From the NCBI RefSeq assembly GCF_964204865.1, contig NC_135262.1:15190001-15254000 (forward strand): a stretch of DNA of 64,000 bases, given 5' to 3'. Origin of the DNA: Styela clava. Lineage: Eukaryota. Under the pieces are notes generated by a model. It was given only the letters and a program-made list of their open reading frames with translations. It was not told the DNA's origin and searched no databases. The position numbers and the translations under genes were made by a program. Shown here one piece after another: positions 40,501 to 51,800 of this stretch (positions are counted from its first letter, which is position 1; the number at the start of each line of letters is the position of its first letter).

Positions 40501-42630
40501 TTCATGTTTAATCTTTTTTTTTTTTTTAAATGAAATTATGTCATGTTTCTGTAATTGGATAATTATCAAATCCTTTATTGTTGTCGCGATTTGATAAAGT
40601 AATTAAATAATTAAAATTGGTCATTAAACTGTTCCAAAAGTTATAAAACTATTTGCAATAGGTATAGTTATTACCAACGTTTTCTCTCCCTATATGTGAA
40701 TGATTTCAATACGATAACCTCTTTTTGTTTATTTTTGTAACTTGCAACTTAAAACTTAAGGAGCGATGATTGACGAGATGTGCGAATACCCTGATATAAT
40801 GGAGACTTGTGAAGCAATTGAACCAGGCTGCACGGCTACTAGTCAATGTGATGACGGAAAAATATGTTGTTCAACTGGTTGCGGCACAGAATGTGTGGAT
40901 AAATCAACGGATCCTCCCAAAAAAGGGCGTACGTAGATAAATGCTATTCATACAAATAATTCCTTGTTTGTTAATTTTTTTCCGTGGATAGAATTTTTTT
41001 GTAAAAATATGTAGTGCAGATTGTTCAACATATATACGCATAGATCGCCAACTGACGCTTAGTATATCTCAGTTATATTAAAGTGTCATTATTTGTTCAT
41101 TTTTATAACATTATGTAGTAATATGAAACGGTTGTGGTATTATGAATATTGTTATAGATAGAAATCATAAAAGAAGAAGCAGTTTCAATATAACCAATCT
41201 TTTGTGGCAATTTTCCTAATGTTTCGAATTATTTTTTCATTCTTATTTCAGTATAAATGTCTTAGCATGAAAAGCTGCTGTGTTGGTTTTATTTGGAAAT
41301 AGTCTGAATGAAAGATGTTTAATGGAGTTGTCAATTTCAAAAACGTTGATGCAGATCACTTCAATATCATTGTCTAACTTAGACGCATACTTAAAAACCA
41401 TAGAATTAATACACTCCTAACTATTTCAACATATAGGCATCTCGTACATCAACTACAACATATACATCAACTACTTTTATAAATTTAGATGACGGATAAC
41501 TTTTTAATTTTATTTTATAGTTGATTTTGGGCTGGTCTTTCTATTATCTATGCTTGGTGGCAACAGCGGCGGTGGCAGCGGCGGACTCTTTTCTTCCGGA
41601 GGAAAAAAATGTGGACATTGTCCAGATTATTGTAGCGCGAGAAGTCACATATGTCATGGCAATCTTCTTGCAAAATGTGAAAATATTTGCGGACAGTTTT
41701 GTGATTTTGCCTTTAAAGATTACCATCACGAAGCTAAATACGTAACAAAATCGTGTAAGTTTACTGTTTTTTGTTTCAGTTTGCTGTAAAAAATATGGTG
41801 CCGGCCTCTTTTTGCTTATTTACGATATCAGTAATTTTTATTGTAATCTGGAACTGGATAGAAGTATAAAGGAACACCTTTCGCCGCTGACATATGGCTA
41901 ATGAAATTATTTGCTGACAAGGTGCGCCTTCCTCAAAATATGCATGATATAATGGCGTCTTAGCTGTGGGCGTATTGTGACATATATACAAAATTCTATA
42001 AATTTTTAATTGGATATGCTATGTTTTGTCTATACCAGGTGTTTGCCCCGCCGATCGACCACCTGCCAATGTTAGATGCGATCAAGAAATTAGCTATTGC
42101 ATGCAATACGAATGTGGATATCTTCATTGTCGGGTGAGTAGGTGCGGAGGATGTACAGTTGGTTGGTACGACGACAATTGGACTCAACAACAATGCCCTC
42201 AAACACGTAAGTATTTAAAAATGAAAATAAAAGAAAAATTTAGAGACTTGACTCAAAAGACTTGGAATTCTTATTTTTTTAACAATTTTACATAACTTTA
42301 TTATAGATTATTCACCCTCAATTATTAGGGAATGTCACAGTAGAAGACCAACATGCAAAAGCCAAAAAAAAAAAAAATTTCCCAGCTTCATATCCTAAAT
42401 ATTTCCTTTTCGGCCTCATTTGGTTAAAAAATAGGAAAAAGGCATAGCCTTTCATAGATTTCACAATAAAATCGGAATGCCAAGTTGACAGAGAACACAA
42501 TAGGCAAACCAGCATTTGAACATCATTGCATATTGTTATGTATATATTTTTTTCAATAGGATCACGAAGTTTCAATAGGGGTCACGAAGGTGGTCAAGGT
42601 GGTTTGTTCGGTAATCTCTTCGGCAAATAA
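37577..42630 (+). CDS. Secreted EGF-WAP-EGF-WAP plus 2x 8-Cys-module protein (paralogue A), 366 aa, 8 exons
   Basis: Exons: 37577-37631 (signal peptide MKVLLLAAALLFSSAYA), 37887-38003 (EGF, CSCPGGYTGDEC), 38420-38584 (WAP, C..DEICC...GCGSVC), 40369-40491 (EGF, FRCACASGYAGDDC), 40761-40928 (WAP, CDDGKICCSTGCGTEC), 41521-41754, 42039-42206 (CRVSRCGGC) and 42560-42630. All introns are phase 1 GT-AG and the frame is open (1101 nt). Confidence 0.9.
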
Positions 42631-44274
42631 ACAGCAGAAATTGAATTGCACAAAAGAATTAAACGCTCTTTTTTATAAGAGAGTCTTTGTACGGCATATA
42701 CTTTTTCAAAACTTTTTCGAAATTTCATTCTTACTACAAAGCCTTTAAATACGCAAGATTTGGAAGACTGTCGTATTTTCCGACTGAGAAAATTTGGATA
42801 ACAATACAGAGCATCTTTAAGTTTTTGTCTAATGTAGAAAAATTCACTAATACTCCGACCTCGTTTATAACATAATAAAATATATTCTATATTGATCTTT
42901 GAATTTATAAATGTGTTACAAAATGTTATTTTGTATGTTTGTGATCGAGATAAGATATAGACAGTACATAACAGTCGTTCCCATCTTTACTAACCAAGCG
43001 GAGGAGAAACATCAATCAAAATAATCTTAAGGATCGGTAAAAAAAAATTGAAATAAATGGGAAATAGAAAATAACCTGTGTTTACCTAATATACTTTAAT
43101 GTTTTGACAAAACTCAACTGTGTTTCCGCTGGTACATAAACCATACTGAAATAAAATCGGTTAAATCATAGGCCCATCAAATATCAACGTAATGAAAAAC
43201 AAACGAAGTTCTAAAACTTATACGCTTCCACACACAACCATCTTCTATTTTTTCGACTTTGTCGGGGCTCTTGGAGCGTTTTTAAATAATACGACGCGTC
43301 CCGTTACTTTGCCAGTAATTAGGATACCATTCTCAGTTTTCTTCTTTTACTGTTTTGCTATATATAATATTTAGATTTTAGACATTTACGAGAATTACCA
43401 AACTGCTGTCGCAACGGGTCGGAACTTGGAAGGTTCGACTGCTTGTTGACCAAGATATCGTGGTGCAATCTATATCATCATTTCCAAACACCCAATTTAA
43501 CGATGAAAGGTAAATCACCTAACAAAAACACGGTCATTTGGTAACCAAACGGTTAAATTTGCAGAAAAAATATACAACAAATTCGATTAGCCAAAAAGAT
43601 CGAGTTATTCACGTGTGGATTGACAACAGTGAAGCTGGTGAGTGGGAACATGTATTAAGAAAATAGTTCAGAACTAAAAGGGTATCAATGATTCTGTCGG
43701 GAGGGTGAAAATATATATAATTGCAAGTAATAAGTGATGTTATCTACTCACTACTTATATACTCACACAAGTCGAAATTATTTATTTTCAAACAAAACTA
43801 TACCTGGGTCAAAAATTACCAATATACATAACTTTCAGATCTTTTTCCAACTTGAAAATTGTCAACCAATCTAAATCCGCAGTTTATGTTTTGGGGGTTC
43901 TCCTAACTTTCGATCGATAAGTCTTCGGTCTCGAACCGATATTCTCGTTGAGGTATTACCAGTTTGTAATAGCACCACATTCAAACGAGAGGGCGATTTT
44001 GGACTTTGATGCAATATGGGCGCTGAATGGAGATTTCAAAGGTTAAAATATAGCATATGGCATCTTATGATTAGTCAAATTTATAGCTTAGAAAGTGGAT
44101 TTATGATATCGTTTTAAAAAATGAAGAAAATGAACGCATTTCTGATGAGTGTTACGTCTTGGTGCTGATGAAATACCAAAAATACATGACTCTATTGCTT
44201 ATGGATTGTCGTAAAAGTTCCCAATCACACCTTCCTTACTCTTATTAGACGCACTACGAAAGTATTTAACGTTC

Positions 44275-44541
44275 AAACGAGAATATCGGTCGGGGACCGA
44301 AGACTTATCGATCGAAACTGCGGTTTCGATTCATGACTCTATAGTGACACTAATTGAGTAATAGCTCGCAAATTATACGACATAATTCACTCAAAACCAA
44401 TAGGCTTCTGGTCCGAGATATAATGAATGCACTTACAAAATTTGAAGCAGATTCAACCTCGCTTTCGTGAGATATCGGGTGCATCTAACAAACAGACATA
44501 TACCTATCAACATACTTACCGATCTCAAGATCGATAAGTAA
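44275..44541 (+). mobile_element. Helentron/DINE-like non-autonomous element
   Basis: 5' subterminal acttatcgatc and 3' gatcgataagt inverted repeats, a 3' hairpin tacttaccgatc-tcaa-gatcgataagta and an acagaca microrepeat. A second copy lies at 56460-56778 and an inverted 5' end at ~43905-43950. Confidence 0.6.
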
Positions 44542-44707
44542 CAATGCAGCCTGTATAAAGTGTTTAATTGGAAAGTTATTTGACAAGACTTTTAAAATAC
44601 GTTGCTAAACGTTTCGGGTCAAAGATCGCTGGAATGACCAAGTATCACTACCGCTTGTGTCATGGGTGGTCTAGATGTTGAGGACCGCGTGTAAATTGTA
44701 CAGTTGA

Positions 44708-47053
44708 TTAATAACTCTTCTTCCTAAGAAAGGACAAACTGAACATTGTATAAGCAATTATCGCCCAATAACTTTATTAAACGTGGACTATAAAATACTG
44801 AGCAAAACATTAACAAACCAAATGAGTAATGTAATCAAACAAAATTGATCTTGATCAAACTGGATTTATTAAGGGGAGAAATATAGGGGATAATATTCGT
44901 CTGATTTGTGATGTAATTGACCTAACTGTTGCTGAATCATTGCCTGGAGCTTTAATTTTTCTTGATTTACAAAAAGCGTATGATAGTGTGAAATGGGACT
45001 TCTTGTTCAAAATTCTTCATGTATTTGGATTTGATCTTAAATTCATAAAATGGGTTAAAATCCTTTATAAGGATATACAGTGTTGTGTCACAAACAATGG
45101 TCATATTTCAAATGATTTTGGAGTCCATAGTGGCTTAAAGCAAGGTGATTATTTCAGCTGTCTTACATTTTTACTGGTAATTGAAATTTTTGCAAACATG
45201 GTCAGGCAAAACCCCAAAATTGAACCCATAAAATGGAGGGATATTTCCATAAAAATTTCTATGCTTGCTGATGATGTGACTGTAATAACAAATGGATCAA
45301 AATCTAGTATTGATGCCCTTTTTCAGACTTCAAATATTTTTGGGACTATATCTGGGTGCAGAATTAATATAGCAAAATGCCAAGCAATGTATATTGGCAA
45401 TAAGATTGGAACCTCCCCGATTAGTAGTGAATATAATCTCAATTGGAACGATGAAATCAAAATATTGGGTGTTATTCTGTCAAACAAAATGGAGGGTTTA
45501 TACAGCAAAAATTTTCCACAAATATTAGACAAAGTCAAAAAGCTACCTCAGGTGTGGAAAACATGAAATTTGACGTTTTTGGGAAGGGTTTGCATTATTA
45601 AGTCTCTCATTTTACCCCAGATATTATACCATGACACTGTTTTACCAATTGACGTTCCTGAAAGTTTCTTATCTGAATTGAATAGAACTATATATGTATT
45701 TGTATGGGGTTCAACTTGGGAGCGGATCAAACGAAATACCTTGATTGGCCCCAAAGAAAAAGGGGGTATTAATATGATAGATATAAAAAAAATTTTTGTT
45801 GCCCAGAAAATGAAATACATTCAAACACTCTTGAATGAGGACGTTAACCCAGTGTGGAAATTGATTGAGATGGAAGTGCTTGACCAATACTGTTTTCAAG
45901 CAATGCTTGAAGGAAAATTGAGCTCAAATTCATATGTAGTGAAACATTTACCTTTAACATCCATACGAAATATATTGAAGAACTGGTATTTTTGTAAAAA
46001 TGTGCTTTTTGATTGGAAAATGTCAAATTTTGATCAACCTATATGGTACAACAAAAGTATTTCTTATGCCAGAAAACAATTTTTTATCAAGTCTTGGTAT
46101 GATCATGGTATAAAAGCAGTAAGACACTTAGCAAATGTGGGTAATCTGTTTACTTATAGAGAGTTGACTGAAAAATATAGCATGCAATATAGTGATGTAG
46201 AGTATGTAAATTATTATCGCATCACTGGAGTTTTACCTGACGATTGGTTATGCAATATTGGAAACTGTATTGATTCTAGTGTATTAAGTGACCCCGAGGA
46301 AAATGTATCTCATTTTATTTCTGAAACATTCGAGTCAGAAAAAGTAAATAAAAGTATCTATGAAGGTTGAAACTGATCAAATTTATATTCCCTGATAAAT
46401 CAAGGAAAAAATGGGCAGATCTTATTTTTTTAGAGAGTGATTTTAATTAGAATAAATTGTATATGGATATCTTTTATTGTACTATTGAAACTAAATTGCA
46501 ATCTTTTCATGTAAAAATGTTCCATGGTGCCATAGTACTGAACGATAGATTGTATAAATTTAAACTTGTTTCATCAGAGTCATGTGATTTCTGTCATTCA
46601 AATGTTGAAACTACCAGCTACCTTTTCTTTGAATGTATAATTGTTCAACAGTTTTGGGAAACACTAAACATGTGGATATACTCAAAAACAGGGATTAATT
46701 TTAACTTTTCAAAGAGAGATGGCTTGGTGGGATATAGTTATAATTTTTATAACAAATTGTGTAACTGTATACTTCTTGTTGCCCGGTTTTATCTATATCG
46801 TTGTAAGATACAGAAAAAGAAACCACTGTTTAATGTTTTTACCTCAGATCTGTATGAAGTGAGGGAAATTGAACGGATCATTGCATATAAAAATGGGAGA
46901 ATAAAGAAACATGATCAAAAATGGAAAATTTTATGATACATTTACTGATTATTTTATATGATGAATTGTGTATTGTCCATGATTAGTGATTGTTGTAGAT
47001 GTACCGATCAATTGTGTTTTATATATTAATAAATATATACAAAAAAAAAAAAA
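44708..47053 (+). mobile_element. 5'-truncated Tx1/L1-clade LINE (RT plus C-terminal Cys motif), disrupted
   Basis: Peptides LITLLPKKG, NYRPITLLNVDYKIL, DQTGFIKGRNIGDNIR, LDLQKAYDSV.W, GLKQGD, ADD and CDFC...ET..YLFFEC. AATAAA at ~47028, poly-A at 47041-47056. 15-bp TSD AAATTGTACAGTTGA (44693-44707 and 47054-47068). In-frame stop at 45564 and frameshifts near 44845 and 46370. Confidence 0.95.
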
Positions 47054-48821
47054 AAATTGTACAGTTGAATTTTCGATGAATCTCAACAAAGTGTGGATAG
47101 TCATACACGATAATACCCAGAGGTCGAAACAATTGTGATAACACTTCCACATCACTGGTTTTAAGCCAAAAAGTTGATAAGTTTTTCAACAGATTTTTTA
47201 AAGTACGCAGGTGTTAAACGTGTACCGTATTTATGCTCTTGATAATTGTGCAACTGAACGAGATATTCTGGAATATTAAAATGATTTTAACAATAAATTA
47301 TATATATATATTCGACTGCATAAAAATGAACGGAGCTACCATGAAACGATTCTACTAACTTTTATTTGTGAGAAAGATACAGATTTTTTATAAAACAAAA
47401 TATTAGCAGTTGCTAAGAATAATTAAAAATATATAAAAGTATTTTGCATGAACATGCAAATTTGAAAATTGATTTGCTTTAGTTTGTATTCTAACAGAAA
47501 AAATAAAAATTAGAGTTACAGTGTTCACGAATTTAATTTTGGAGTAGGTTTCATTACTGGTAATCTTGAACTTGACAAAATTAATCTGAAAAAGGGGCAA
47601 ACTCGACCATTTTTAGACCACATTTTAGCTTATCATTTTCATAAAAGGACGCAGTAATCACCGTTCTTCACCTCATACCAAAATTATTGCTTCATATTAC
47701 GAACCTAACCCATCACCATTATCTTGCCATGTAGTTTAACACCTTGGACTCAAGTTTCTTTTTAGGTGATATCTGATAGCAGACCCGGTAAATATTTTAT
47801 AAATTCTTTTTAAACTAACTGATAAGTAGTAATTTATTTTTCATTGAGTTTCTTTTTGATATGAGTAGATCTTTGTAACCTTCTTTTGAGTATGTATATA
47901 TTACCGTTTACGAATAACTTTCGATTAGATATCCTTCCACGGTATGTAACATTTTTTTATCGAGGTTCAACGAGTGGAAATATGGAAATATCAATACCGG
48001 TCATCTACATTATAATATCATAGTGCGACCTCACTTGGAGTTAATGAATAATATCTGTCTCTGTTACAGGTTTATCATTTGGAACGTTCCTTCTTTTATT
48101 TATACAAGGTCCGAATTCAATATGCTTCCAATGATAGTTGTGTAAAAATAAATTCGTAGTGCGATTCAGCTACGATTCATCAGTTTGAAATTGAGATTAA
48201 TATATTGTTCCAATCGCCATTTAAATTGCGTCCTCAACTCAGAGTACGTTGTACTATCTTAAAATTAATATGTCGTTTTTTGAAGAACTACCAGATTTAA
48301 AGGGAATTTTTTGTTGTTTATGTATTTAATCATGATTTATTTTTACTCTTGGTTCTTTTGAGATGATTCCAGCAATGTCCCAGATACACCAATTTCTGCT
48401 GACAGAACGGCTGTTGGCTATCTCCATCACAGCCGTACATGCTACAGCTTGCGCATGATAGAAATGTGAAAGTAACAGTTCCATGAGACGCATTCGAGTT
48501 ATAGTGAAGCTAGTAAAAAAATTCTGTCAACTTTGCGTTTCATTCATACAAATACCAAAAATAGCGTCACCGTATTTTTTATTTATCAACGGCTGAGCTC
48601 GAGTCTTCAAAATTATGGTTCTAATTAATAACTTCCCCTAAAATCCGTTATGGGAATCTTTAGTTAGTGTTATTACAAGCGTTCAATCTGCCCTCCGGCA
48701 AATTCAACAGACAACTACTTCTGAGCGCTTCATTTCGGATAGGGAAAGGCTATTCTTGTGCATTGAATAACTGAATGAATAGTGTAGCGTCTTATTAGTT
48801 CTAGAAAGAAAAGGCACAATA

Positions 48822-51800
48822 ATGAAAACAAAAACGTATGCTGTTCTGTTGGTAGTTTTTTTGAACTTCGTAATGACTCGAGGTGCTGGTGACAGTAAGT
48901 ATTATCTTCCTTGGAAATAGTTCTGCTTTGGTTTGTTTTGTCACTTGCGAGACTTGTATAAGATTAATTGTATAGGTATAATGTGGTGTCAAGTAATTCT
49001 CATTCCTTCCTTGTGTACGCTTCAAAATTCACTATAAATTGAGGCATAGCAACCCAAATTTATGTGAATGAAAAAGCACCATTGAGTAAAAATGTAATTA
49101 CCGATCATAAAATGATTGGGACATTGGATAGACGTTGTTTTATATAAAACCAATCAAAACTTGATTTTGCTTTTTTGATTCATTATTTATGAGTTCGTGC
49201 ATTTACGAGACATGATTCGATTGTTTCTTTTCCAAACCATAATATTAATAGGAAGTGGCTTCTGCGTTCAATGTGTTCGTTTTATTATTTTTGTAGAATA
49301 TGCTGTATTCTGCCTAAATTTTTCATTGTCTCACTAACGAGCCTCATATTTGTGTTATGAAGTTTTCCTAAAGTTTTTTATTATTTTAACCAGTGGTGGG
49401 ATTCAAATTTGTTGTCAGTCGGTTCCATCACAAAAGTCATATTTTTAGTCGGTTCTGTTCCAAACATGACATTGACAACAACCAGAAATGCTAACCGGTT
49501 CGCTGATCTCATAAAATTCCGTGGGATTGTTCTATAGAACCGGTGTGAACCGTCTGAATCCCACTACTGATTTTAACCATACCTACACATTTACCTAATG
49601 TTGTATAATATATATATTTTTTATTAAAACTCAAGTTCATTTTCAGTTGGGGATTCATGCACCACATCAGATGATTGTTCAGGTAACAAGGTGTGCTATG
49701 ATCAAGGTGGCGATAAATGCTGCTTTTGCCCAATCGGATATAAAGGAGACGACTGTACAGAAGGTGAGAATATTATGCGAAAATGCGGTGTTGAAATATT
49801 AGGAAAAGTTTGCATAGTCAGGTTTGTGGCTTCAATATTGAAAAACCATGCCACAAGATTGCTTGAATCTGTGGAATAGCTACTTACTTCAGTTGTTTTT
49901 AAGATATTGTGACCTATTGTATACTAACCCCACCAATGTTACACATTGCAATTAAAACAACTTGGAACAACATGCCACCGTTGAGGTTTAAGATAAATTT
50001 ATGTATTGAAGTAAAATAAATGAGTAAAATAAAATAAGAGATTTATGTTTAAAAACGCCATTATAATTTCAGCTGACTTGGTGAATCCTGTCTGTCCATT
50101 TCCTACAAATCCTGTTGATGTCTGCTCTGTGCCACCAACGGGACAACCATGCGGGTTTGACAATTCTGACTGCCCGAACGATGGAATATGTTGTATATCA
50201 TCCAATGCATGCGGATCACAGTGCGTTTCATCTTCTGCAGGTATAAAATAATTGACATAAACTCGAGGTGGTTATGATGCGTAAAAGTGGGTAACTTGTG
50301 AGTAATTGGGTCCAAGTGGTTGATTTCTCCGCACCTCGTTTAAATCATATTTTTATACAGCTGGTTACGAATATATATCTAGACATATTGAAACTTAGTT
50401 GTAGCTTAAATGTAAAGTATTTTGTTCAGTTACATTGTATAACAAATTTATTAACAATATGGATGGAACAACACAAAGATTTTTCTTGAACTCTAAAACT
50501 TTAACTATTCTGTAGTATCCACTGCGATATCTAAACTTAGATGAAAAATATTTAGTTAGTCAGTGCCAGGAACAAAGATTTTTTATTTGACAGCGAAAGA
50601 GAATTTAGACAAACTTCGTGGTTACTATTATCAATTTATCTGGTTTTATTTTGGCTATCCCGATAGTTATCATGTCGTGGCTGAATTTTCTTCTCTGAAG
50701 TTATATTTTGTTGTACGGCAACCAGAAAATTGTCTAGTAACATCAAATATTATTCTAATAAGATATATTTATATTTTAACGCCTCAGGGTAGTGGATCCC
50801 GGTACCAGAATGCTCAGTCGGTAACAAGCACTGGCCGTGACGATCGTAGGAAATATGTAATTGATTTAGAAGTATAATTATCAGGATATTAAGCCCTGTC
50901 ACGACTTTTAATATGCTTGATATATGATATACGCGTACAAACATGATATAGACTTAACTTCCATAATCGTTCATACCTTGACTCTGAAGAGAAAGAAAAA
51001 AAAAATATTTTTGCAAATTCAACCCATATCCTATTTCACAGTAGCATTATTGCTGTATTCAAATTACAAACTGCAAGAAAAATGTTTATATGAAGTCAAA
51101 AATTCAATGTTTAGTTTTTTTTATATCATTCAACAGGACCATGGGATAGTTGTATAAATTTTACAAGACTCGGTACATATATGAATTGAAATTCAAGTCT
51201 CCTCGAACCACTAAAGTAGAACTACTTTTTTTTTATTTAGCGTAGCTCATTGGTTCTCAACCAGTGGGCCATGGCCCACTGCTTAGCCATAGAGACATTT
51301 TCAAGTGGGCCCCAAGTCTATTAAAAATTATTATGGTTATTGAAAAGTTTAGTTTCATTTGTGTCATTATAGTCAAATTTTGATGGTAGTAGCATTGAAT
51401 GATGCTGCTGCTTTTCATTCTAATTATTAAAGTGAAAGTATTTATTTTTGCAAAGAGAGTCTTGTTTTTCTTGTAGTTTTTTCCTTGCATGAGAAAGTTA
51501 GTGAGCCACAGAATTTTTATTTGAGCTAGCTATTTTGATAACAAATTTTTCATCCGTAATGTTACTGCAAATACTGCGAATCTGGTAAAAGACAAAATCA
51601 TGAATATATGTGTATACCGTATTTTTTCACCACTGAAATTGTAACCTTTCTCTTTATGAAAGGAAAAGAAAGTAAAAATTGATTGAAGTGAAGTATAAAC
51701 AAAACAATACTGATCTGTCACTTTTCATGTAGAATATCATCAAAATATTTTTGTTATAGGTTGTGGAAGTTCAGCAAATGTTAAAACATGTACTGATGAC

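Noticed and set aside
41521-41745. Alternative-frame ORF MILGWSFYYLCLVATAAVAAA... that looks like a signal peptide
   Set aside because: It starts at TTG immediately after a splice acceptor. The phase-1 frame matches paralogue B and carries the Cys module.
6311-42630. GPCR and paralogue A both have 1101-nt coding sequences
   Set aside because: Coincidence; there is no sequence or exon-structure similarity.
44940-46936. Three long ORFs as independent host genes or an active retrotransposon
   Set aside because: They are consecutive pieces of one LINE ORF2 broken by a stop and frameshifts; the endonuclease and ORF1 are missing.
48150-48190. Minus-strand CUGAUGA followed by a 6-bp hairpin
   Set aside because: No GAAA or stem III follows the hairpin, so it is not a hammerhead.
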